DNA of 14,639 bases from Archangium sp. (GTDB lineage: Bacteria; Myxococcota; Myxococcia; Myxococcales; Myxococcaceae). Positions 1 to 9,086 of this stretch are shown one piece after another; the stretch's first letter is position 1, and every line of letters begins with the position of its first letter. The stretch covers positions 1-14,639 of the forward strand of contig JANLPS010000482.1 in assembly GCA_031367385.1 (NCBI GenBank), written 5' to 3'. The notes below the pieces were generated by a model that did no database searches, was not told the DNA's origin, and worked only from the letters and a program-made list of their open reading frames with translations. Position numbers and translations under genes: made by a program.

Positions 1-1227
1 GACCTCGCGCAGCGCCTCGGGTGTTCGGCCCAACACTTTCAAAGCCCTGGCGCGTCTCACATGCAGCGCACCCGCGACGGGGGCCGGCGTTTTGCGAATC
101 GTCTTCGTGAGGTCGACGACTCCCTGAGCGTCACCCAGCTCGTCTTGCAGCAGCGCCGCCGCGAGCAGCATCGCTTCAGCCGCCTCGGCACCTGAGGCCG
201 AGGCGATCACCCGCCGGTAGGCCTCGACCGCAGCGGGCACATCGCCCAGTTTTCTCGCGCAGTCGGCTTGCACCCGCAGCGTACCCACCTCTGACGGAGC
301 CGCCGCGAGCGCGACCTTGGTCTCTGCGATCACCGCGGCACACTCACCGCGCGCCGCCCGCGCTCGCCACCGCAGCAACTCGCGTTGGCTGGGCACCCTG
401 GCGAGATGGCCCGGTGTCACCGGCTTGACCGGCTCCTCATCGACGGCTCCTGCCTCGACCGAAGCATCAGCCGGCTCGGGGAGCTCGCTCAGCTCGACCT
501 CGTTGCCGGCTGCCACCATCGTTGACTCGAGAAGCTCACCCGCCGGCGAAAGCCGCTCGACCTTCACCAGACCCGATGAGGTGGCGACGTGAAACGCGTG
601 TGAGCGACGTCGCACTTCGAACACGGTGCCGACGACCGTCACTCGAAACGGAGCGCTGTCGATGATGAACTCACGCCCCGCGTGGCCGGGCTCGATGTGT
701 GCGGTCAACACACCCTCGATGAGCTTGAGGCGCGTTCGGGTGCGCTTCTTTTCAACCACCTCGACCCGGGCCGAGCGCGCGAGGTCGAGGTCGTCTGGCC
801 CGATGCGAACCCGCTGGGCGGCGTCGTCAGAGCCCAGCGCACTCAGGTTGGCGACTGGCCGCAGCTGCCCTTCGACCTGAGCCTCCACCGGCCACTCCGT
901 TGGCTCGGGTGTCGCCGCCGCGCGCCACACCACGACCCCGACCGCCAATGCGACGGCGGTCAGGGCCCCCCCACCCACCCACAGCCGGGGCCAGAACGAG
1001 CGCTCCGGCTGATCAATTCTCGCCCGAAAGGTGCGCAAGGCATCGGCCGTCGGAGGCCCCGCGAACGGCGCCGCCCACGCCTCGAGCCTGGCCCCCGTCT
1101 TCGCCCACGCCTCGACCTCGGCCGTGCAGGCGGCGCACCCGGGCAGATGCGCTTCGAACGCCGCGCGAGCCTCGGCGCTCAGCGTGCCGTCGAGGGAGGC
1201 CTGGAGCTGTTCGCACGGGCTAGTCAA
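1..1227 (-). CDS. Anti-sigma factor, zf-HC2/ZAS + TM + FecR-like + TPR-like domains (3'-truncated by window edge)
   Basis: Not in the ORF track; translated by hand. Open frame from TTG at 1227 to position 1 (409 codons, no stop). The start overlaps the sigma-factor stop (TTGA) and has a GGAGG SD upstream. Sequence MTSPCEQLQASLDGTLSAEARAAFEAHLPGCAAC (C5...H27xxxC31xxC34 ZAS motif), TM LWVGGGALTAVALAVGVVVW, FecR-like LKLIEGVLTAHIEPG...FIIDSAPFRVTVVGTVFEV, acidic/Pro linker, then TPR-like helices (QADCARKLGDVPAAVEAYRRV; RRARALKVLGRTPEALRE). Confidence 0.88.
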   Translation of the reverse strand, partial: MTSPCEQLQASLDGTLSAEARAAFEAHLPGCAACTAEVEAWAKTGARLEAWAAPFAGPPTADALRTFRARIDQPERSFWPRLWVGGGALTAVALAVGVVVWRAAATPEPTEWPVEAQVEGQLRPVANLSALGSDDAAQRVRIGPDDLDLARSARVEVVEKKRTRTRLKLIEGVLTAHIEPGHAGREFIIDSAPFRVTVVGTVFEVRRRSHAFHVATSSGLVKVERLSPAGELLESTMVAAGNEVELSELPEPADASVEAGAVDEEPVKPVTPGHLARVPSQRELLRWRARAARGECAAVIAETKVALAAAPSEVGTLRVQADCARKLGDVPAAVEAYRRVIASASGAEAAEAMLLAAALLQDELGDAQGVVDLTKTIRKTPAPVAGALHVRRARALKVLGRTPEALREV

Positions 1228-1817
1228 GGCTCGTCCTCCGACTCGAGCTCTCGGAGCCGCAGCCGCGCCCGGTGCAGCCGAGTCCACACCGTGTTGACTG
1301 AAATGCCCAGCGAGGCAGCAATTTCTTCAGCCGAGAGGTGCTCGACGCGATGCAGGAGCAACACGGTTCGTTGATCGACCGGCAACCGGGCCAACAGGCG
1401 CTCCGCGTCGTACGTGGCCTCGACCGCGCCGTGCATGCCGCGGCTGGAGGGCTCAGCGCGACCGAACACGCGATCGAGCAGCCGGCGGTGGAGCGACCTC
1501 GAGGCCCCGAGCTTCCACCCTTTTCTGACCGCGATGCCGACGATGAAGGCCCGCACGGTCGACGTGTGGCGAAAGGCGCCGGCCTGCTCTCGCAGCGATA
1601 AAAACACCTCTTGGCACAGGTCTTCGAGGTCATCAGGGGGTACCCCGCCATGTCGCCGCAACGCGGTGATCACTGGCGAACGAAAGCGAATGTAGAGCTG
1701 CTCGAGGGCGGTCAGGTCGCCTCGAGCCAGGGCGTGCAACAGCTGGGTGTCTTGCTGGTCGAGCTCCGCTCGCTCTAATTCGGCCTTCGGGTCCTCCTTT
1801 GACGGGTAGTTCCGCAC
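1224..1817 (-). CDS. ECF-family RNA polymerase sigma-70 factor
   Basis: 197 aa. Region 2: GDLTALEQLY...DDLEDLCQEVFL...TVRAFIVGIA. Region 4 HTH: LPVDQRTVLLLHRVEHLSAEEIAASLGISVNTVWTRLHRAR. Coupled to the downstream anti-sigma. The GTG start is uncertain. Confidence 0.93.
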   Translation of the reverse strand: MRNYPSKEDPKAELERAELDQQDTQLLHALARGDLTALEQLYIRFRSPVITALRRHGGVPPDDLEDLCQEVFLSLREQAGAFRHTSTVRAFIVGIAVRKGWKLGASRSLHRRLLDRVFGRAEPSSRGMHGAVEATYDAERLLARLPVDQRTVLLLHRVEHLSAEEIAASLGISVNTVWTRLHRARLRLRELESEDEP

Positions 1818-1824
1818 GCGAAGA

Positions 1825-2907
1825 TCAAACTTTCCAAAAAACGCCGGCGGTCAGGTTGAGCTCGAGCAAAGGGGCTCGCCAGAGGTCTGCCCCCGTGGCC
1901 AGATCGCGCGCGGCACCCCGCAGGGGCAGCGCGTCAACCGACAGCTCCATCATGAATTGCAGGGCCTTCGCCTGGTCGCTGCGAAACCCCAGACCCGCGC
2001 GGGCCCGGAGGGTCCACACGTGGGCGCTTGTGGTGCCCAGCGTGCTCACGGCCCACAGCTGGTTCCACCCGGGCAACACGCTCAGGCGTGGCACCAGCGC
2101 GAACGCCCCGACCGGGAGCACCAGGCTCGCGGTCACCCCAAACGGTATCTCGAGAGAACTGACCTGGGTCGCCGGCTCGAGGTCTCGCGCTCCGTGGAGC
2201 TCGAGCACCAGCCCGAGGTTGAAGAGCGAGCCAAGCGCCCGCTCAGCCTGGAGCTGCCCGCCAACACTGAGAAACCGGCCCTGGGCTCCGGCCAGCGTGA
2301 CCCCGGTCATTGCCGCGGCCGAGACCGACCAGCGGGGCTCGTCGCTCGGGGGTACCGGCAGGGGGAGCGGGCGCTCGACGGGCGCCACCTTTTCGAGCAG
2401 CGGGTCTTTGGGCAGCTGGCGCCGCACACCCCGAACCACCTCGGCCAGCCCAGGGTCGATGGTCTCAGGGGTGGCCTGCAAGAACGCCGTGCCCAGCAGC
2501 TCGCGAACGATCAAGGCCAACGCCTTTTCGGAGCCGCTGCGCTGATCGAACTCGAGCGTTCGAATCAAGGCCCGACCGGTGCCCATGCCCACCACGTGCA
2601 CCATCAATTGGCCTTTGGCCGGCTCGGCCAGCCACAGCACGCCGACGGCCTCGTTGTGGTTGGCCACCTCGAGCACGAGCTTCAGTTGATCAGCCATCGA
2701 CCGCGATTGAAACGTGGCGTCATCGACCGGTTGCGAGAGCACCGCGAAGTTGTCGAGCAACAGCGAGACCTCGTCGTGCAGGCGAGCCTCGCGGCGGGTC
2801 TGCGCAGGAGTCGAAGCCGTGCGCAGCACCAGAAATATCGGAGCGGGCCGAACCTCGACCTTGGGGCCTGCCGAAAGGCTGAGAAGACAGAGCGCGAACG
2901 AGAGCAT
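1825..2907 (-). CDS. Hypothetical exported protein with probable C-terminal outer-membrane beta-barrel
   Basis: 360 aa. Signal-peptide-like N-terminus (MLSFALCLLSLSA), alpha/beta N-terminal domain, Pro-rich linker (PVERPLPLPVPPSDEP), then alternating amphipathic strands ending LELNLTAGVFWKV. Stop lies 7 nt before the sigma-factor start. Confidence 0.7.
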   Translation of the reverse strand: MLSFALCLLSLSAGPKVEVRPAPIFLVLRTASTPAQTRREARLHDEVSLLLDNFAVLSQPVDDATFQSRSMADQLKLVLEVANHNEAVGVLWLAEPAKGQLMVHVVGMGTGRALIRTLEFDQRSGSEKALALIVRELLGTAFLQATPETIDPGLAEVVRGVRRQLPKDPLLEKVAPVERPLPLPVPPSDEPRWSVSAAAMTGVTLAGAQGRFLSVGGQLQAERALGSLFNLGLVLELHGARDLEPATQVSSLEIPFGVTASLVLPVGAFALVPRLSVLPGWNQLWAVSTLGTTSAHVWTLRARAGLGFRSDQAKALQFMMELSVDALPLRGAARDLATGADLWRAPLLELNLTAGVFWKV

Positions 2908-2986
2908 GAAGGCCCGAGCACGCCGACCTAACGCAGACCACGAAAGATAGACAGCGCGGCGGGTTCAAGGCAGCGTCGCGGCAAGC

Positions 2987-5371
2987 ATGGCATTGAGCCT
3001 GATTGCGGTGATGGTGCTCGCCCAGGCCCTTTCGCCAGAACGAGGGGTCGATGAACCGCTGTGGTGGCCCTGCGGCGCCCAGGGCAACGTGGTTTCAACG
3101 TCGGCCGGGCTCGCGGTTTCATTGGTCGACAAATATGAGCGCACGGTCATTCGCGTGATCTCGCTCGACGGAGGTTGGTCGCCCAGCGTCTCGGCAGGCA
3201 CGACCGATGGCGAGCTGGTGTTGGTGTCGACCTCGCTTGGGCTGCTCGGCGTCTACACCCTGCGAAACCCGTCGCAGCGACTCTCGCGCCTCTTCGACCC
3301 GGCCACCGGCAAGCCCCTCTCACCACCTCACCTGCTCGAAGAGGGTCAGCTGTCAGCTCGCATCATCGTGACCGGAGGCGCCGGGCGGGTGCTGTGGGTG
3401 CGCGTGCAGTCGCAGCCTGACGGAGGCACCCGGGTCCTTGCCACCCGGCTCAGTGACGACGGCCTTGCGCAGGCCCCAGACCTTGACGTCTCAGAGGTCG
3501 GCTCGGTCAGCGACTTCGGCAGCAACGCGCAGACCCACTGGGTCGGCACCACCGTGTATCTCGCTGACGGTGGCGCCGGCACGCGGGTCGCCGCGCTGGG
3601 CGATGACGGGCACGTGCTCTCCTCCGCGTCGCTCGACGGCTTCGAACGAGCCCTCGTGCCCACGCCTCAGGGCGTAGCGGTGGTGACCTCCCTCCCGGGG
3701 TCGCCGAACACCGAGTTTTCGTTTCTGGCCCCGAATGGCACCACCATCGGCCGGGGTGCCTTCAGTCAGCCCTGCGCCGAGATCGCAGGTGCGTCGAAAG
3801 GCGACGAGGTGTGGCTCGGCTGCGGCGAGCCGAACGCCAGCTTTCGCGGTGCAGCCCTGGTGATGCTTCGCCTGTCGGCAGACGGAGGCAGCACCTCTTC
3901 GGTTCTCTGGCCGGGAGACGGCGGCCGCGTCGATGTCACGCAGGTGGTGACCCAGCCGCTGCGGAGACTGTTCTTCGAGCGGGTGTTCACCGAGGTGGGG
4001 CGCGGTGAGTGGCGGGCAACCTACGCATTGCCGCTCTCGAGCGACGGCTTGTCGGCCGAGGGAGAAGCCGAGATCGCGCTGACCCGGCCAAGCTCGCAGT
4101 TCTCTCCAAGCTTCGCCTCCCGCCAGCCCGGCGCCCCCAACGCCCTCGCGTGGAACGACGACCGCCAGCTGCCCAGGGAGCCGTTGCTCGAAGCGGCCCG
4201 GGTGTTCTCGAATGGCCGCCTGGGCTCACCGACCTCGCTCGAGCGACTCACGAGCGACTTCACCTCCAGCAACGCCAACGGCCGCTTCATCGCGAGCGAC
4301 GGCACCGCCTTTCTGTTGACCGCGTGGAATGGGTTCGAGGTCACGCCGATCGAATGGGCCTTCGATGGCGGCACCGTGACGCGAAAGCCGGGGCTCACCA
4401 CAGGTTTCAGTATCTTCGGCCCTCCGCTGGTCGCCCCCGCAACGCTGACACCAGGCTCGGGCTACCTCGCCTCGTGGTTGAACTACCCGCCTCCGTGGGT
4501 ATCGCGCAGTGTCGATTCGCACGGCAACCCGCTGAGGGGGCAAATGCCAATCGCCGGTGAAGTGCTCGACATCTTGCCCGTTGCGCAGGCTCAGCTTGTG
4601 CTCACCTCGGAGGTGAGCGTTCTGCGGCTCTCGAGCATCGACACCTCGGGAGTGGTGACCGCCCTCGCCCAGCTTGCGTCGCTCGACGCCGGCATTACGG
4701 CCGCGCGCATGGCCCAGTCGGGCTCGACGCTGCTGGTGAGTTGGCAAGCCGCGAACGCGCCCGGGGTCACGACGGCCACCGTCTTTGCAGCCCGCTTCAA
4801 CCTCGACGGAGCCCCGCTCGACGCCCGGGCCGCGAGCATCGAAGTGCCCTCGCGTTCGTACTTCACCAAAATCAACGACATTGGCGTGCGAAACGGGCTC
4901 TTTCACATCTTGGGCACACAGGCCGTCGCCGACGGTGGGTCTGCCCTGTGGGTCTGGCGACTCAGTGAAGACGGAGGCGTGGTTGACTCCGCAGCCGTCG
5001 CGTTTGAAGACATCGCCGAAGTGTCTCGAGTCGCTGCAGGGCCGACGCTCGACGATGGGTCTTTGCTGATTGCCTACAGCCGCAAGCAACCCGGCTCGCC
5101 GACCGCCGAGCGCGTCTACGCTCGAACGTTTCGCGACTCGCTTGCCGTCGGTGGTACATGTGAACGAGCGACCGACTGCGTGTCGGGCTTCTGCGTCGGG
5201 GGGTTCTGCTGCGCGACCGCCGATGGCTGCTCCCCCACCGCCGATGGAGGCCCAACCGGCGTCGGCATCTACCAGTTGGGCTGTCAGTGCCAGAGCAGCA
5301 CGGGGCCGCTGGGCGCGCTCTTGTGGCTCATGGCCGTGTTCGGGTGGCGCAGGCGCTTGCGCTCCGCCTGA
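2987..5371 (+). CDS. MYXO-CTERM-sorted cell-surface protein, probable beta-propeller with Cys-rich stalk
   Basis: 794 aa. Signal peptide MALSLIAVMVLAQA; repeated blade-like motifs (ATRLSDDG, LRLSADGG, AARVFSNG, AARFNLDG, WRLSEDGG); Cys-rich segment CERATDCVSGFCVGGFCC; C-terminal GCQCQSS...GALLWLMAVFGWRRRLR (Cys motif + TM + Arg cluster), which matches MYXO-CTERM. Confidence 0.85.
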   Translation: MALSLIAVMVLAQALSPERGVDEPLWWPCGAQGNVVSTSAGLAVSLVDKYERTVIRVISLDGGWSPSVSAGTTDGELVLVSTSLGLLGVYTLRNPSQRLSRLFDPATGKPLSPPHLLEEGQLSARIIVTGGAGRVLWVRVQSQPDGGTRVLATRLSDDGLAQAPDLDVSEVGSVSDFGSNAQTHWVGTTVYLADGGAGTRVAALGDDGHVLSSASLDGFERALVPTPQGVAVVTSLPGSPNTEFSFLAPNGTTIGRGAFSQPCAEIAGASKGDEVWLGCGEPNASFRGAALVMLRLSADGGSTSSVLWPGDGGRVDVTQVVTQPLRRLFFERVFTEVGRGEWRATYALPLSSDGLSAEGEAEIALTRPSSQFSPSFASRQPGAPNALAWNDDRQLPREPLLEAARVFSNGRLGSPTSLERLTSDFTSSNANGRFIASDGTAFLLTAWNGFEVTPIEWAFDGGTVTRKPGLTTGFSIFGPPLVAPATLTPGSGYLASWLNYPPPWVSRSVDSHGNPLRGQMPIAGEVLDILPVAQAQLVLTSEVSVLRLSSIDTSGVVTALAQLASLDAGITAARMAQSGSTLLVSWQAANAPGVTTATVFAARFNLDGAPLDARAASIEVPSRSYFTKINDIGVRNGLFHILGTQAVADGGSALWVWRLSEDGGVVDSAAVAFEDIAEVSRVAAGPTLDDGSLLIAYSRKQPGSPTAERVYARTFRDSLAVGGTCERATDCVSGFCVGGFCCATADGCSPTADGGPTGVGIYQLGCQCQSSTGPLGALLWLMAVFGWRRRLRSA

Positions 5372-5379
5372 AACGACGA

Positions 5380-5402
5380 GGGCCCCTCGCGATGAGGGGC
5401 CC
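5380..5402. terminator. Hairpin terminator between the converging MYXO-CTERM gene and dnaK
   Basis: GGGCCCCTC-gcgat-GAGGGGCCC, a perfect 9-bp stem. On the minus (dnaK) strand it is followed by TCGTCGTTT. Confidence 0.75.
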
Positions 5403-5431
5403 AGGTCACTTCACATCATCTGCTGCGACTT

Positions 5432-7351
<1,920 letters not shown>

Positions 7352-7416
7352 GGTGTTTGAGTCTCCGTAACTTGTTGAATTGCTGGCCGATTTCTTCTCG
7401 AATCGGCGACGCGCCC

Positions 7417-7444
7417 AAATTAACCACCGAGATGTACGCGTCAA
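7417..7444 (-). promoter_or_regulatory. Putative sigma-70 promoter of dnaK
   Basis: Minus strand TTGACG-N16-TAATTT, about 65 nt upstream of the ATG. Confidence 0.55.
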
Positions 7445-7477
7445 GCGCTGCTCTGCACTGAACGCGCTCACGAAAGT

Positions 7478-7493
7478 GCGTAGCCGGCTACGC
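7478..7493. promoter_or_regulatory. Perfect 16-bp palindrome, candidate regulator/enhancer-binding site
   Basis: GCGTAGCCGGCTACGC in the divergent dnaK / lipid-kinase intergenic region. Confidence 0.4.
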
Positions 7494-7579
7494 GGTAACC
7501 GCCACCGCCGGGTGGCAATACCCTCGAAATCACTGAAGTGTTTCTGAATCGTTTCAGCCGGTTAACGCGATACGTCATG

Positions 7580-7596
7580 TTGGCAAGGCCTGTGCT
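7580..7596 (+). promoter_or_regulatory. Putative sigma-54 (-24/-12) promoter of the lipid kinase gene
   Basis: TTGGCAAGGCCTGTGCT has exact GG-N10-GC spacing and resembles TGGCACG-N4-TTGCW. Predicted +1 is near 7607, just before ATG 7609. Confidence 0.65.
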
Positions 7597-7608
7597 TAGC
7601 CGCACTGC

Positions 7609-8697
7609 ATGTGGGTTCAACCGCTTCGCAGCGCCGCCGTCGAGCACGTACCTCCGCGTTTCGAGACTGAGCACAGGGTCGCGGTGTTGCTGAACCCCAA
7701 CGCCCGAAAGGTCAGCCCCAAGGTCATTCGTGCGCTCTCTCACGTGGTGCCCGAGGGAGACCTCTATCTCTCGCGCTCAGAGCTCGACGCGCGCCGAATC
7801 GCTCAACAGGTGGTCGATCGCGGCTACCACACGGTCTTCTTGGGGGGCGGCGACGGCACGTTGATGTGCTTCATGAACGAGATCATCAATCAGGTCGTTC
7901 TGCGCCGTCAGCACCACCCCACCCGGCTGCCCAACTTCGGCATCTTGAAGCTCGGCACTGGCAACTCGGTCGCCTCGTTGGTCAACGCCTCTTCGACCCG
8001 CGGAGACGGCATTCTCGATGACGTGCTGCGCGCCCGATCGGGTGAGGTGCCCGGGTACCGGTCGGTCGATTTGCTGCTCGTCGATGGCAAGCGCGCTCCG
8101 TTCGCGGGCCTGGGCATCGATGGCAAGGTGCTCAACGACTACATCGACGTGAAGAAGACCTTCGCCCAGGGCCCGTTGGCGAAGGTGCTCACCGGTGCGG
8201 GCGGCTACTTCACCTCGGTTGCATTCAAGACCGTGCCCTACTACCTGACCCACTCGACCTCGGTCGAATGCGAGGTCGTCAACAACGGTGGCCCGGCGTA
8301 CCGCATGGGCCCAAACGGCGCCCCAGTGGGAGACCCGATCAAGACCGGCGAGGTCATCTACAAGGGCCCGCTGATGATGGCGGCGGCCGGCACGGTGCCG
8401 TTCTATGGCTTCGAGCTGAAGATGTTCCCCTTCGCGGGCAAGCGGCGCGGCATGATGAACCTGCGGCTGGCGACCATGCCCACCCACACCGTGCTCGCGA
8501 ACCTTTCACGGTTGTGGAAGGGCGAGTACAGCCACGAAGGGCTGCGCGACATTCTGGTGTCTGACGCGACTATTCGCTTCAACCGGCCGATGCCGTTTCA
8601 AATCGCGGGCGACGCCGAGGGCTACCGCGAAGAGGTGCGCTTTCAGATCTCGCCTGAAGCCGTCGACTTGGTTGACTTCACGGGCGCACTTCACTGA
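7609..8697 (+). CDS. Diacylglycerol kinase-family (YegS/DgkB/sphingosine kinase-like) lipid kinase
   Basis: 362 aa. VLLNPNAR, FLGGGDGT, ILKLGTGNS, FAGLGIDG, PFYGFELKMFP, C-terminal PFQIAGDAEG. Confidence 0.88.
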   Translation: MWVQPLRSAAVEHVPPRFETEHRVAVLLNPNARKVSPKVIRALSHVVPEGDLYLSRSELDARRIAQQVVDRGYHTVFLGGGDGTLMCFMNEIINQVVLRRQHHPTRLPNFGILKLGTGNSVASLVNASSTRGDGILDDVLRARSGEVPGYRSVDLLLVDGKRAPFAGLGIDGKVLNDYIDVKKTFAQGPLAKVLTGAGGYFTSVAFKTVPYYLTHSTSVECEVVNNGGPAYRMGPNGAPVGDPIKTGEVIYKGPLMMAAAGTVPFYGFELKMFPFAGKRRGMMNLRLATMPTHTVLANLSRLWKGEYSHEGLRDILVSDATIRFNRPMPFQIAGDAEGYREEVRFQISPEAVDLVDFTGALH

Positions 8698-8709
8698 TGC
8701 TGTAGAAGT

Positions 8710-9081
8710 ATGGCCACGCGTATCTCGCAACCTTCGGTTGCGGGGCCTTCAGCCGCTTCTTCGACGACCCAGGCATCGTTCGTTGCGAGGGGCACCTTCG
8801 CGCCCAAAGAAGTCTGGGGCGTCTTCAGCCCGATTCGAGCCCTGACCTTCGATGGAGAGCAGTTCGCTGCCGAGCTGCGAACCGGCGAGTCGCTCAAGGG
8901 CCAGTTTCACTTCGTCGAAGCCTCGGCACACGACACCCTGACGCTGTCGGGCGAAGGGAAGAAGCTGGTCTACACGGTCGACGACATGACCCTGGGCCGG
9001 CAGAACGAGCTGACCTCGCTCAAGCTGAGCGATGCGGGCTCGAAGTCGCCCCCGTTCTCGTTGTTTCTCAAGCGAGCCTGA
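8710..9081 (+). CDS. Hypothetical protein
   Basis: 123 aa, ATG 12 nt after the kinase stop, high-GC3 codon pattern, fills the gap up to the converging gene. Ser/Thr/Ala-rich N-terminus followed by a beta-rich region. Confidence 0.7.
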   Translation: MATRISQPSVAGPSAASSTTQASFVARGTFAPKEVWGVFSPIRALTFDGEQFAAELRTGESLKGQFHFVEASAHDTLTLSGEGKKLVYTVDDMTLGRQNELTSLKLSDAGSKSPPFSLFLKRA

Positions 9082-9086
9082 ACCGC

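Noticed and set aside
317..2950. Plus-strand ORFs such as 682..1374, 1799..2545 and 1957..2931
   Set aside because: Antisense to well-supported minus-strand genes; Arg/Pro/Ser-rich translations typical of off-frame high-GC sequence.
2908..2986. ECF-type promoter (TGAAC...CGT) on the minus strand
   Set aside because: The GAAC-to-CGT spacing of 20 nt is too long; no convincing promoter could be assigned.
7352..7471. 40-aa N-terminal extension of DnaK in the ORF track
   Set aside because: The conserved start [10 protein letters not shown] has its own SD at 7351, and the extension overlaps the predicted promoter.
7455..7479. GCACT...AGTGC inverted repeat upstream of dnaK as a CIRCE element
   Set aside because: Spacing is 15 nt instead of 11, and the TTA/TAA flanks are missing.
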